Source of the DNA: Eukaryota sp. TZLM1-RC | Lineage: Eukaryota > Protista > Metamonada: BaSk clade | Length of the DNA: 64,000 nucleotides | NCBI GenBank assembly: GCA_040285825.1 | Contig: JAUPSS010000004.1 | Span: 4,741,784 to 4,805,783 of the forward strand | Direction: 5' to 3' | Shown: in pieces, positions 45,316 to 59,034 of the stretch | Position numbering within the stretch: position 1 is the stretch's first letter | Layout of the letters: every line of letters begins with the position of its first letter | Notes under the pieces: generated by a model | Seen by the model: only the letters and a program-made list of their open reading frames with translations | Told to the model about the DNA's origin: nothing | Databases searched by the model: none | Made by a program: the position numbers and the translations under genes

Positions 45316-45809
45316 ATGGAACAAGACCAAAGAGCATTCCTCAAACAACCCCATATTCCTGTATACAAGAAGACCGGTGTCAAGGGTAAGAAGGCCACTA
45401 CTTCCAGATGGTATTGTGATGTTGGTCTCGGATTTACCACTCCCAAGACCGCCATTGAAGGACGCTATATCGACAAGAAGTGTCCCTGGACTGGTGAAGT
45501 CAGCATCCGTGGTCGTATCCTCAAGGGTGTTGTTCGTTCCACCAAGATGAACCGCACTATTGTCGTCCGTCGTGATTATCTTCACTACATCTCTAAGTTC
45601 AAGCGTTATGAAAAGAGACATTCTCACATCTCTGTTCATTGCACTCCAGCATTGAAGGTGAAGGAAGGCGATATTGTGACCTTTGGTGAATGCCGGTATG
45701 TATCAATATTCGATCTAACTCCAGTCCACTCTCCAAGACCGTTCACCATAACGTTCTTTCAGTCGACGCCCAAGAACCTCATTCCAAGAAGAAGTTCGTC
45801 CTTTTCTAG
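45316..45809 (+). CDS. RPS11: 40S ribosomal protein uS17 (S11); intron 45696-45724 (29 nt)
   Basis: [26 protein letters not shown], spliced GECR/PLSKT. Intron is GTATGT...CTAACTCCAG. Confidence 0.96.
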
Positions 45810-46193
45810 TTCTCTTCAATTTCTTTTTGTTAATTCAAATCCTGAGTGTTTTATTAGTTGTTATAGTAATGTCACGATTTTAAAAGCAGTGTTTACTGGC
45901 ACCATGTGGGATATAAACTTTCTTCACAGATTTTTTTATAGTATCTGTTTTTAGGTATTCGATCCACAGACTTTGAGTATCAAAGAAGGTAAACGGCTAA
46001 GAAGATATAGCGAGAGAGGTTTTGAACAATTTTATTAACAAAATGTAGGCCAAATATGACACTATTACGCAGCTCAACAATTGATAAAGCTTGAGGTGAG
46101 AACATATATAGTGAATCCTCGACATTTCACCAGTAACTTTCAAAAACTCCATTTATCTGGCCTGATAATTTACATCATAATTTAACTTGTAAA

Positions 46194-46494
46194 TATTTAT
46201 TGATCATGCACACTTAATAAAATTAATTCATAACTAATGGGACAAAATTAATTGAACCAAGATTTTTTCTACAAAATCTTCGTCTGCTTGCTGTCTAGCT
46301 AAAGCTTCTCTAATTCGATTGAAAAACCGAGGTAATCCATTAATAATGGCAAATTGAATCCGAGAGCGCCATAAAAAAATAACAAATCTTTTCATTGTTT
46401 TTTCTTGAACCATTTTTAGGAAGTCATTCAAAAAAGTTTCTGCTTCTACTGATAGTCTTCCGTTTATCGAAAATGGGAAAGCAATAGAAACTAG
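46194..46494 (-). mobile_element. CRE-A 3' fragment, somewhat diverged
   Basis: ORF 46234-46431 matches the CRE-A C-terminus. Confidence 0.88.
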
Positions 46495-46529
46495 TTAATT
46501 AAAACTAATAATAGTTAATAAAAACTTGC

Positions 46530-46642
46530 AAATGTAGTTGAAAAATTACCATTACTCATTTGTTGAATTGTAAACATTTGAGAAGCAATTACTTTGAGAA
46601 GCAAGGTTCATGATGCTGTTAGAGATCAATTATATTGTATGT
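46530..46642 (+). mobile_element. Short CRE-B fragment
   Basis: HLLNCKHL...RSKVHDAVRDQLYCM, as at 31630-31705. Confidence 0.6.
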
Positions 46643-46720
46643 ATCCTTGGATTGTCTCACATAAAAGACTGGCTAATTCTGAAATTCATAATGTTCATTC
46701 AAATGCTGAAAACTTCAAAA

Positions 46721-48505
46721 CGTTAGGACCTCTTTTGTTTTGTTTGGCCATTCATCCTATTCTACTGCAAATTCAAGAGATGTTTCCTTCACTAAAAATG
46801 ATTGCATATATGGATGATGTTGTGCTTATTGGTGATTTAAATATTGTGAAAAAAGCAACTGTATGTTTTAAAGAATTATTTACCAAAATTGGTCTCCGAC
46901 TTAATTTACTTAAATGTGTTTTGTTATCGAATTCTCCAGTTTCCACAATAATTGATGATATTGAAATTCAAGCCAAATTATATTCAATTGATGCTATTCG
47001 TCATTTGGGTTCGTTTTTAGGAAATAATGATGAAATTACCAAAAAATCATTTGAAAAGTTGAACTCAATTTCTGACAAAATTGACCGAATGATGAATTTA
47101 GATATAAAAAAACACATCAAATTTACCATTATAAGACTGTGTTTTAGTTCCAATTTTAATCATATATTTCGATCTACAAATCCTCTCGTCACTAGACCTT
47201 TGGCTCAAAAGTTTAATGAGTTACGTGCAAAAGTTCTGTCTCAATTACTGGGATGTAAAATGTTCCAAATTCCAGACCATGCTTAACTTAGTCCACATTA
47301 TGGCGGTTTAGGGTGGACGAAGACTTCTATACTTACCTCGTGTGCTTTTGTTGGTGGATGCAGAAATGCAATCTTTGAGTTTTCCGAAGGATTTGCAGAT
47401 TGGGAAGATTTATTGATGGCAACGCAAAGTTCCACTGTTTTTGCATTAAATGAAGAAATTTCAAAAATTGATGCAGAAAAATGGGGTTGATGCTTTCCCC
47501 AATCATTCAATTGCAATATTCCAGAAAAAAATGTTTTAAATTTGAAGTACACTCTTCGAACATTACAGAAAAGATTGACTGGAATGTATGAAAAAGATCT
47601 TTATAATAATATTTGCAGCTCGGCTGTTTTAAATCAAGATCTTCACTCATTGTTATTGGAAAAGGGTGTTTGTGAAAACAAGGCGTCAGATTCTTCACTT
47701 TTTGTAACCATTGTACCACGAAGATTTGGATTGTGTGCCACTAATGAAGCATTTGTAACAAAAATGAGATTATATTTGAACATTCCCATTAACCAATTAT
47801 TATCAAAAGAAAAATGTATTTGTTCGAATTCACCTCAACTCACTTTGCGCCATGCTCTGAATTGCTCTAAATTGATAACTTATCGTTCTTCATTACATGA
47901 TGCTGTTAGAGACACTGTTTTCAATATGGCACAAACTGCAAGGATATCGTGTATCAAAGAGCCCCTGCTGAAGGAAACACTTTCTCTGAATAATTTTGGT
48001 TCTGATGATAGAGGTGATGTATACTGTGATTGGATTGATAATTCTGAAGCTATTGTTGACTTTGTCTCATGTAATGTTGCAAACGATACTTTGGTTCACA
48101 GAAGAAAACTTAATCCTGTGACTGCTCTTGATTTTAAAGCAAAAGAAAAACATAGAAAATATGATAAAGAAATTGAAGATGCAAATGTCGATAGAAATAC
48201 ACAGCTGGTTTTTATTGCTTTCCCATTTTCGATAAATGGAAGATTATCAGTTGAAGCAGAAACTTTTTTGGATGACTTCCAAAAAATGGTGAAAGAAAAA
48301 ACAATGAAAAGATTTGATATTTTTTTATGGCGTTCACGGATTCAATTTGCCATTATTAATAGATTACCGCGGTTTTTCAATCGAATTAGAGAAGCTTTAG
48401 CTAGACAGCAAGCAAATCAAGATTTTGTAGAGGAAATCTTGGTTTAATGATAGTCGTCCCATTAGTTATGATTTAATTTAATCAAGTGTGCAAATTCAAT
48501 AAATA
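46721..48505 (+). mobile_element. CRE-A, 5'-truncated, with two internal stops
   Basis: LGPLLFCL...AYMDD through the RLE and the AATAAATA end. Stops at about 47285 and 47488. Confidence 0.93.
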
Positions 48506-48689
48506 CGATTAATTAAAAAAACTTCAAAATCAAAAAATACAATGAACTTTTTTCCAAATTGTCTACCCAACAATATGCAAAACACAATTTGTATCCATTT
48601 GTATTTTCTCTATTTGGTTCACTTGCTCCCACGGTTTGCGTTTTTTGGCAGTTTTTGAAATGATTGTGGAATAAAGAACCAATAGAGAA

Positions 48690-48870
48690 TTTTAGCAAAT
48701 TGTTTTGGCAAAATATAATTGTGTTTTCTATTTTTTAAGGGATGTTGAAGATGGTTTCTGATGCTTAGCTTTCTTTTGGACATCACTATAAAAAAGTTGC
48801 ACCTAGCTGTTTTCTTTTAGGAGAGATAGATTATTGAGATGTTGAGATAGAAGTTGTGTGGTAAATCAAT
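48690..48870 (+). mobile_element. CRE-B 3' terminal relic
   Basis: ATTGTGTTTTCTATTTTTTAAGGGATG...TTTCTGAT resembles 5578-5625. Confidence 0.45.
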
Positions 48871-49604
48871 ATTATTTTAAAAAAACACTTTCTAAAACTT
48901 ATTTTGTTTTACAGGAGTAATAACAATAGTATTTGACGAGTCATTGGCTTATCTATGTTGATTTTCCAATACAAATATCCTCAGTTTCCTTTCACTTTGT
49001 AACGCAGTCTGTCTTCTAATTTCTATTACCAAACGACCAAGCCCGAAATATTGAAATTTTCTTAGAATTATTGCTATTCATTACAATTTTCAAGGAACAA
49101 TCTATTTCGGTGTTTATATTTAAAATATTGACACTTCATAAATCTTACTGAAAAGCAACTGAGACTTAAAATTAAAAGCTTCAAAGAAGCATCTGCAATA
49201 ATAAAAATCTGAATTCTCACATTATTTTGAGGTTGTTGGCCAGCTGTTTTTTCATGTAAAATGCTCACTGACTATTCTTCTTCAGAAAGATTTTGTTTTG
49301 TCAAAACCATAGAATCAATCAATGAACAAATTTGATTCAATGAAAAGATGCTCTCCTCAACTAGTAGTTACATTAATTTCATAATTATCAATTCATTGAA
49401 TGATATTTTCCTTGAATTGTTTCAATACCCTCAGACCCGTTTCTTTTAAACATCTGTTTGTGAATGTTGTAAATGAATCTTGTACCAATTCTGGGCGACC
49501 TATTGCCATCGTAATAGACTTCCTCCCACAATAGAGTTTCACTTTTCCTCTACAATGAAATACAAACAATAACTTTTTATTTGCAACGAAAACACTATAC
49601 ACGG

Positions 49605-51104
49605 CTAACAAACTTCAGGAGTTCTTGGAAATTCTGGCCAAACGAGACCACACTTCTCATTCATATGAGCCCTAACATCAACTGAATTAGCCCCTTCAAG
49701 CATCATTAAATGAGTCCCCAAAATTTGACAAAATTCTTCATTGTCAGTTTGGCAAACAGCTGGTTTGAGGGGTTCATAAATCTTAATTTGATACAAATCA
49801 CGAGGGTGAAACTCTGCTGATTGAATCTTATCAGAAATACCTTCTCCAAAAACAGCATCCAACATCCCTGAAACCTTCCACAACTTCACCACTAAGCCCG
49901 TACATTGCAAGCATTCTCTAGTATCTACTGTGAGTTGTCCTGGTTTGGGTCGGCTCGTCTTAATGGGATACCGCCAGTCATCTTGTTCAGGGATGACGTA
50001 TAAGTCCATAACTCCCATATTATTATCTCTTGCATAGGTCACAACATCTTCAAACGTATTGACCTTAATGGGAATTCGCTGTTCAAAAGCTCTGTACAGC
50101 AAATCCTTCGCACTATCAGGACTGGATCTTTCTAGTAAGTATCCCAACAATAAACCAAAATAGGTGGAATTCATTGGATACGGGAGAGGAAATTCCTTGT
50201 TGTCAAGAACAGAAAAGAAATTACCGTGATAACAATACTCAAAGCCTTCACGTTCCGAGAACCATTGCCAAACCTTTTCTTCATCAATATGCTTAGTGTA
50301 TTTTCTATTAACAGGTAGCCAGACGGCTGAGCAAGTTTCTCCCGTACAGAGAGTACCATTGGTGTGAAGATCAAGCCACACTGCATATTCGTACTTATGA
50401 ACCCCCAATCCTGGAGTCGTCTCGGCCACATACAACTTTTGAGTAAAAGGATCTCTAATGAAAACAGCTGAATGTCCAGCGCGACTTCCAGACCCGTAGC
50501 AAATACCAACTTCTTCTCGGTTCATTTTGAGGATGGAGATGGCATCCCCGGTGTGGATCAGGTGTTCGGGAACGTCAACGAAGCGTTCTTCTCGTGTTTT
50601 GTACTTGAATTGCATGTGTTTTTCAAGGAAGGATCTCAAATATTTGGTGTCTTCCTTCATGAAGGCCTTATAAACATCCCAGAGGAATACAATGTCTTTC
50701 CAAATGTTGATGTCAATGCGAAAGATCGCCAAACCATATTGAAGAACGTCTTGGTAGGCATCAACGGTTGAATTCTCCCACTTCTTGATGTTCCACTTGT
50801 GTACGCCACGCATCTCGCAAGAGTGAAGGAACCATTGAGATCCGGCAACGAAGAGGTAGACGTCGGCACAGAAGAAAGAGCTAGGAGCTTGGGCATCGAG
50901 AACAATTTGACCACCCTTCTTGTCAGCGTGGAGCGTAATTTTGTTCATAGTGAAGCAGTCAGATGTGAAGACATGTGTTTCGTGAGGCTTGACAGTCCCT
51001 TTGAATTCGATCGGAAAATCTTGATTAGAAGTGTCTGGCTGGGGGATAACCTGATCAGCAAGCACCAGAGTTAAGAGCAGAAGCAGAAGGGTATAAGACT
51101 TCAT
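49605..51104 (-). CDS. Secreted protein with a probable circularly permuted papain-like (NlpC/P60-type) domain
   Basis: Signal peptide MKSYTLLLLLLTLVLA; TGDAI, GHSAVF...YVAE, later CTGLV...EFHPRD (His before Cys). Confidence 0.6.
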   Translation of the reverse strand: MKSYTLLLLLLTLVLADQVIPQPDTSNQDFPIEFKGTVKPHETHVFTSDCFTMNKITLHADKKGGQIVLDAQAPSSFFCADVYLFVAGSQWFLHSCEMRGVHKWNIKKWENSTVDAYQDVLQYGLAIFRIDINIWKDIVFLWDVYKAFMKEDTKYLRSFLEKHMQFKYKTREERFVDVPEHLIHTGDAISILKMNREEVGICYGSGSRAGHSAVFIRDPFTQKLYVAETTPGLGVHKYEYAVWLDLHTNGTLCTGETCSAVWLPVNRKYTKHIDEEKVWQWFSEREGFEYCYHGNFFSVLDNKEFPLPYPMNSTYFGLLLGYLLERSSPDSAKDLLYRAFEQRIPIKVNTFEDVVTYARDNNMGVMDLYVIPEQDDWRYPIKTSRPKPGQLTVDTRECLQCTGLVVKLWKVSGMLDAVFGEGISDKIQSAEFHPRDLYQIKIYEPLKPAVCQTDNEEFCQILGTHLMMLEGANSVDVRAHMNEKCGLVWPEFPRTPEVC

Positions 51105-51151
51105 GGTAATTCAAAAAATGCATATTTTCATCCATTCCATTAAATAAAAAG

Positions 51152-52422
51152 TATTTATTGAATTTGCACACTTAATTAAATTAACTCATAACTAATGGGA
51201 CGACTATCATTGAACCACGATTTCCTCTACAAAATCTTGATCTGCTTGCTATCTAGGTAAAGCTTCTCTTATTCGATTAAAAAACCGAGGTAATCTATTA
51301 ATAATGGCAAATTGAATCCGTGAACGCCATAAAAAATATCAAATCTTTTCATTGTTTTTTCTTGCACCATTTTTTGGAAGTCATTCAAAAAAAGTTTCTG
51401 CTTCATCTGATAATCTTCCATTTATCGAAAATGGGAAAGCAATAAAAACCAGCTGTGTATTTCTATCGACATTAGCCTCTTCAATATCTTTATCATATTT
51501 TCTATGTTTCTCTTTTGCTTTAAAATCAAGAGCAGTCACAGGATTAAGTTTTCTTCTGTGAACCAAAGTGTCATTTGCAACATTACATGAGACAAAGTCA
51601 ACAATAGCTTCAGAATTATCAATCCAATCACAGTATACATCACCTCTATCATCAGAACTAAAATTTTTCAGAGAAAGTGTTTCCTTCAGCAGAGGCTCTT
51701 TGATACACGATATTCTTGCAGTTTGTGCCATATTGAAAACAGTGTCTCTAACAGCATCATGTAATGAAGAACGATAAGTTATCAATTTAGAGCAATTCAG
51801 AGCATGGCGCAAAGTGAGTTAAGGTGAATTCGAACAAATACATTTTTCTTTTGATAATAATTGATTAATGGGGATATTAAAATATAATCTCATTTTTGTT
51901 ACAAATGTTTCATTAGTGGCACACAATCCAAATCTTCGTGGTACAATGGTTACAGAAAGTGAAGAATCTGATGACTTACTTTCACAAACACCCTTTTCCA
52001 ATAACAATGAGTGAATATCTTGATTTAAAACAGCCGAGCTGCATATATTACTATAAAGATCATTTTCATACATTCCAGTCAATCGTTTCTGTAATGTTCG
52101 AAGAGTGTACTTAAAATTTAAAACATTCTTTTCTGGAATATTGCAATTGAATGATTGGGGAAAGCATCAACCCCATTTTTCTGCATCAATTTTTGAAATT
52201 TCTTCATTTAATGCAAAAACAGTGGAACTTTGCGTTGCCATCAATAAATCTTCCCAATCTGCAAATCCTTCGGAAAACTCAAAGATTGCATTTCTGCATC
52301 CACCAACAAAAGCACACGAGGTAAGTATAGAAGTCTTCGTCCACCCTAAACCGCCATAATGTGGACTAAGTTAAGCATGGTCTGGAATTTGGAACATTTT
52401 ACATCCCAGCAATTGTGACAGA
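51152..52422 (-). mobile_element. CRE-A copy interrupted by gypsy G2
   Basis: Identity to CRE-A stops at ...GTGACAGA|TGTTG. Confidence 0.93.
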
Positions 52423-52476
52423 TGTTGTACTGTGGACAATTAGTCTAGTACATTTGTATTTATATAGTATAGTTCA
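52423..52476 (+). repeat. Putative 5' LTR of G2 (about 54 bp, TGTTG...GTTCA)
   Basis: TG at the exact junction, and TCA followed by the same CTAGTGATGG as in G1. Confidence 0.5.
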
Positions 52477-55400
52477 CTAGTGATGGCCTTTATAAGGGCC
52501 GGTGAAATTCTAATAAATTATTCCTTATTCTTTGTTATCATATATGGATAAAGCATCATTAATGAATGGCCTGAAAAGCCACAAGGATAACCCTCCTTCC
52601 TCTCTGAGGAAGAGTAAATGTCCCTTCTTTGAAGGAGAACAATCCACCACCCACGGTGAGTAATCCTCCACCTACGGAGAGTAATCCTTCCTTCGGGAAG
52701 AGGAATCCTCCTAAGGAGAGTGAGCTTTCCGCTGAGAAGAGCCTTGCCTCTCAGAAAGAAAGCCACCTCCCCAATAAGGAGAGTGAACTTCACACTGAGG
52801 AGAGCCTTTCCTCCCAGAAAGGAAGTCACCTCCCTAATAAGGAGAGAGGTAACCACGATGTGGATGTGACAGAACTGTACACATATCCCAATAACTCCTC
52901 GGAGCTCCTTCCTTGTAGGAAGAGTTTTCTCACTCCGGGCGAGCAACGGAGATTCAAAGCGTTTGTTGTAAGTAACAAATCTGACGCTTGTACAGAAGGT
53001 GAAGGAGGCGAAGGCGAGCAACAGTCTACGACTAGCTCCTCACGTAAAACTCCCTCCTCACCTACTTCTGACATCAGCTCAAGTGAGGAACTTCAAAGTG
53101 ATTCCAGAGGATTTCTTAATCAGAACTACAGCAGGAGAGAGGATGAGAGCGATGATGAACACCTCATACACCCAATCCTCCTAATCCAACTCCTAGTTTT
53201 CCATCTACGGAAAGGACTTCTCAGGGTCTTTACCGAAGGAAATTAGCAAAGGCAGTTGAGGCTGTAACTAGAGATTTCTTATTGGACCTCATCGCCAATC
53301 CTCCCGAAGATGTAATGGATTGGAGTGATGACGAATTATTAAAAATGGCTGAGAATGAGTCAGAACGTCTCTCGGGAGATGTAGATCCAGCCGAATGTGA
53401 GAAGGTCTGACGTGACTATTTAGCGAAACGTTGGCCCTTCCTCTTTGGGGAAGCCCACGGCAAAACACTTGACGACGACGTCTACGAGAGTTATGATCAG
53501 AGTCCAAATCTTTTGAAGAGATTGGATGATCTTACCGATTCGGCAGTCTCGTGTGGAATGAGTGCAGTCGAGGATTGCTATTTTAGCGCACCTCGTTCAA
53601 AGTATCAAGCTGCTACTCCCAGGCCTGCCAAATGGCATAGGGATGCAATTGATGACCACAAAATATATTTCAGTGGAAATCAAGAAGCTTACGACAGAGT
53701 ATTTTGGACAGCTAAGATGTACCCTCATAATCAACAAGGTAGAAACCTTAGAGGTGTCGTAAGGCATTTCCTAGTGAAGAATGTACATCCAAAAGATTCC
53801 ATTGCGGAAATTTTTATTATGCTTTGGGGCAGATTCGATGAATCTCGAGGTGACACCCTTCAATTTCATACCAAAGAGTCCTATATTAGAGAAATAGGCA
53901 CAAGTGTAATTGAATTGAAAGAGCAACGTGTTGGTCCCAACAAGTTAAAACTAGTATACCCTGATGCATGGATGGCTAAACTTAAGGCATGGGTTGATAG
54001 CTGACCCGACCAAAATGTTTTTGAGAATGTCTTAATAAAGAGCAGTTGCCTTCCATATGATCATAAACTAGCAGGGGTCCCTAGAGGATCTAAAGATGCA
54101 CCAGATTGGGTGGATTTAAGGCCACCAGCCCAGACCGTACCTCTGCAGGAGGAACCTCCTAAGACAAGATTTATCATTAAGTTGGGCGAAACATTGCCTT
54201 CAGAAGAGAGGAATATGAACCTATTTAGTACACCTTCTGTAGGGCCTCTGGCATCTAGGAGAACTTCTTGTGAAGCAACTCCTACACAAGCATCTGTTAT
54301 AAAATCATCTATACCCACGCAACCCCTAGGAACGAATGCTCCTAGAGATTCTCTCGTCGACACCCTCGGTCTTTATAGAACTTCTGTAACAGACGAGGAG
54401 AAATTGAGGAAAAGAATAGACGACAAACTCAGATGCCTAGTTAAGTTAAATGAAGCGTTTGCCGCCAAGAAGATCTTCGACTTCGTTCTCAACTTTGGCA
54501 ATTGGGCTAAAACAGTTAGGGATCGCGATGGACCCACCAGAGCATTTACGCCGATCACCAAATACGGTCAACCTGTTCATCAGTACGACTTCGTTAGATC
54601 TATGTTTTTCGAAGTGGACCCTTTGTATTTGAGATTTATGATCGAGGGTAAGGTCATCGCAGAATGGCAGAGTTTTTATGGAGGCCGAACAAACGTGTTA
54701 GGCAACAACCCATCTGACGCCGAAATCTGGGAATATTTGCTACTCAGCACCCAGTACAAATACCCTACCGATGTTGAGAAGGCTTTAAGGTCTGTAAGAC
54801 CACCTGAGATCAGTCGCAGAATGACTGCTGAATCTTCATGGACAGCCTTCATAGAACAGATCATATATATAATTCGACGCTCTACAATTATGCCTGGAAC
54901 GGATGGTAATGCGTCTGTCGTCTACCCAGCAAAGAGATTTCTCGAAACTATTAACGACAAAACAAACAATCAATTGATGGACACATATATCATTTGGATT
55001 GGCAAGTTTGATTCGAGCAACGAGAAACTGGGCGATGCGATCTACGATTTAGGTATCGCATTTGTTAACAAGGTCAATAGCCTTGAATCCTCGATCAAAG
55101 ACATGAATTTGATAAGAACAGCTGTTGGTGCTCACGCTCCTGCACAAAAAGGACGAAGCCAGTCAAAAGGTCCTATTAAGAACCCTAGAGTAAGCAGTCG
55201 ACCCATCCCTTCAGAGAAATGGTGTAACTTATGCAAAACCAATAAACATCTTGAAGAGAAATGTTTTAAATTAGTGGGAAGATCTGGTTCAAAAAAGCGT
55301 CAAGGAGATGAAAGACGTGATAGAAAACGTAAAAGTAGTAGTAATAAATCAGATGATTATACATCTTTTAACAATAACCTTACAAATAATTCAATCAAAT

Positions 55401-58135
55401 CCATTTATAAAATGAGTAAAGCAGATTCGAATCATAATCACCTAAATCCATTAAAAAGATTTAGAGAGTCATCCAATCCTGTGGGTTCTATCCACAGTGT
55501 TAGATGTTAGACTATCCAGGGTAGCAGAGGACCAAGAAATTTCTAACGGGGAACTTTGGTTAATCTGCACTATAAATAACGTGGAAGTACAAAACGAAAT
55601 TGATAATGGAGCTGCATTTTCAGCATTATCAATGGATTTAGCCTCTAAATGTAATATGACAGTTAATGACAATAAGACTGTCGAATACTTATCGGCAAAC
55701 GGTATTCGCTCCACGACCCTGGGATGTGCAAGTGGTGTTCTTGCTCTAAATGTGGGTAGCTTGGCCACTCAAGTGTTTTTAAGGATCGAATTCCAGATCA
55801 TTCCTGGTACCAATAATTATTTGATCGGAAGAGACTTATTACAAACCTTGGGGCTACGCACGGAGCACGGTTTTAATATTAATTTGGATCGCGAACATCG
55901 CACCATCTTAAATGCTGAATGTGAGTTTGATAATAGAATTTGTCAACCAATCAGATTCATAGAACAATTGAGTAATAAATCAGACTTAGGTAATGATTTT
56001 GGACATTCCACATTTAGACATGAGTTAGATGAGTTGGGCTGTAGAATATGCCTGGATGACATTTGGGACGAGGAACGCCTAGTCGTGCTACTCGAAAAAT
56101 ATAGAAATGTATTTAGTGGGCTACCTCGGATGGAATTGATTGTCAGCCGATGACCATTCCATTTTATGACGAAAGTAAGGTCGTCAAAAGGAAACCTCGA
56201 AGATTAAACCCAGAAAAACAACGGGTAGCCCAGGAAATTTTTAACGAATTAATCCGTAATGGAATTGCTGTGCCCGCAAAGTCTCAATTCAGTAGTCCCA
56301 TCTGCCTTGTGATTTACCCTGATCACAGGAAACCACGATTAACTGGCGATTTTAGTGGTATTGGTGGAGTAAATGATTTAAATAAACCTGTAGAGGCAAA
56401 TTTGTCCAGGATTAGTGACATTTTAGAGTTTCTAAGTAAAGCTAATTATATAACAACTTTAGATTTACCTAAGGCATTTTGGCAGCTCAAAATTGCAGAA
56501 GAGGATATTGATAAAACTACCGTATCAATTCCCGGGATGTCGATCAGTTTTAAAAGGGCTTGTGTTGGTTTGAAGAACGTTCCTGCAGTCTTCCAAAACA
56601 TGATGATGGAAATATTTGATTCTGAGGGCGTATTTATCTATATCGATGATATAATATTAGTAGCTTCGACCCTGGATGAATTTCTATTTAGAGTAGGTAC
56701 GGTCCTAGAACGCGCCAAACGTTTTAGAGTTAACCTTGGCCTACCCAAGTGTAGCTTTACCACTTGCAAACATGAAATAAAAATTCTAGGTAGTATTTTT
56801 ATAAACAAAACCCGTTATATAGATGAGTCTAGGATTGAGGGACTGATCAACCTACCCAAACCCAGGACATTACCTGAGGTTAGGAGTTTTATAGGTTCGA
56901 TTAATTATATACGTGACTGGTTGCCAAACTTGTCTGATTTGATAGAACCAATCAACAAACTTACCAGAAACAAACCGTCAAAGATCAAGTGGACTTCTGA
57001 TCATGACGAGGCCTTCGGTAAGATTATAAATCTTATTAAAGCAAATATCCCTCTTGAATTGCCCTCAGAAGACAAGCATATTTTAATAAGTTCTGATGCG
57101 TCTGATGTGGCTGTAGGTGGAGTAATATGGCAAGAAGCTAACCCACCTAAAGATCCTACGACACCGCTAATTAAGAGAAAGGTTGTACCTATTGCCTTCT
57201 TTAGCAGATTATTATCAACTTCACAAAAGAATTGGTCTGTACTTCAGAAAGAGTTGTATGCAATTTTACTAATTCTCACTGACAGTAGTTTAGAAAATTA
57301 TTTAATTTCGAGGAAATTAACCATTTTCACTGATCATAGAAATTTAGCATACCTCATACCAGCTCCTGAAAAGAACAGAATTGTGAAGAGGTGGCTACCA
57401 ATATTGTCGGAATTCAATTTTGATGTAGTCCACACTGCAGGCGAGGAGAATTATTGGGCAGACATGTTGTCTAGATTGGTTGATACCAAACCCAAAACTC
57501 CTCGAGTCCAACAAGTGAGAAACTTGGCACCTCACAGACTTGAAGAACAATTGCCCTATTTAAATTTATTAACTAGAGTTAATTTGTTAAGGGATGATAT
57601 TACTCAACGGTCCACAATGGAGCTACCCACGATCAATAGCTTATCTGCACTGAAAGAAGCAGTTGAGGATACTAAATTTGATTTATTTGACACTTGGATC
57701 TCAAAGATTAGGCAAGAACAACTTATAGATGTTGATTCAAATCCTAATTATTATAAAGATTACGATTATAATTCAGATATTCAATTGTATACCAACTGAC
57801 ATGGGAAGATTGTTATCCCAGATAGTTTAAAGAAGCAGACTTTAACCATCATTCATGGACATGCAAATGTTGGCCATCCTAGTGTGACGACTAGCGTAAA
57901 GAAATTACTTAATAGTGATTACTTTTGGCACGACATGCGCAAAGACATGATTAACCATATTAAGAGATGCCCAGCATGTCAAAAGACGGCTCATGTGCCT
58001 AAAAATGTCATTGAATCATCTGGCTCTCTTTGGGCTGATCGACCTTTTGCACAATTAAACGCAGACACTATTGGACAATTACAACAAGATGATAATGGAT
58101 TCAAATATTTAATAGTTTTTGTAGATTCGTTCACC
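52423..58135 (+). mobile_element. Ty3/gypsy LTR retrotransposon G2, decayed and truncated within the integrase
   Basis: Long broken ORF1 ending in CNLCKTNKHLEEKC (CCHC); protease EIDNGAAFS; RT LDLPKAFWQ and FIYIDD; RNase H SDASDVAVGG and FTDHRNL; integrase H..H..CPAC and ADTIG. No 3' LTR. Confidence 0.92.
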
Positions 58136-58139
58136 AGTA

Positions 58140-59034
58140 GTGTGTTCACAATTTTCTGATCATATTTTTTGTCCCTGATGCAAATTGATTAAAACTCTGT
58201 CAATGAATTCTCATCAGAAGTTTGTAAATCAAGAAGTAATGAGCTCCATTTTTCAACTTCTTTGTTTGACTCTTCTTGTTCATCCTCAAGTTCTTGACCA
58301 ACGTCATGCTCATGCCTATCCTTGATTTATCAAAATTATAGATCATGGAAATTTCATTGGGAAATAAATGAACAAAAGTCTCTGAACAATCATCAGATAC
58401 GGAAAAAGACAGATTATCATCAGGGGAAGCCACAAAAATATGTTTCTGCTTCTTAACTGCGAAACATTTGAGTCAAATTCCGCAATGACCACAGAGATAA
58501 GTGTGATAGCATCTCTTTTAGGAGAAACGTTAGGTGGCCTTGTAAAATCTTTGTCTTCCGATTCTTAATTTCATCAATGTGGCCTAATTTTGTTAATTCT
58601 TTTTCTAAAGAATCAGTTTGGCATCAATTTCTGATCTTTTAGAATGAGTAATTGAGTTGACAATGATTTGACTGTTTTTTCTAAGTAATCTTTGTTTTGC
58701 ATTGTCTTTGTCATCCTCAAAAGTGACCAAAAATCACAAATATTCGACTTTGTTTTTGTACTGGATTTCTAAATTTGTCTCAATGTCAATACACCTCAAA
58801 CTGACAATGGCGGAATGAAACATTTCTAATGATTTAAGATCAATAATTTGTTCTGTAGTTTTATCCACATGTAGACCTTCATATGGAAAAGATTCATTAA
58901 TAGAAACTGATATATCAGTCTCAGATGGCTTTGAAGTCACACGAGGTCTTTGGAGTAACTACAGAAGCTCGACCTCTAGAAGTTGTTTTACGTTTGGTAG
59001 AATCAGAAGTAGTTGATTTATGTTTAGGTGACAT
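58140..59034 (-). pseudogene. Decayed coding sequence of unknown family
   Basis: Chain of broken minus-strand ORFs from MSPKHKSTT (59034) through 58734-58940 and 58200-58433. Confidence 0.35.

Noticed and set aside
54002-54004. Programmed readthrough or alternative genetic code at the in-frame TGA in G2
   Set aside because: The element has many other lesions, and host genes use TAA, TAG and TGA as ordinary stops.
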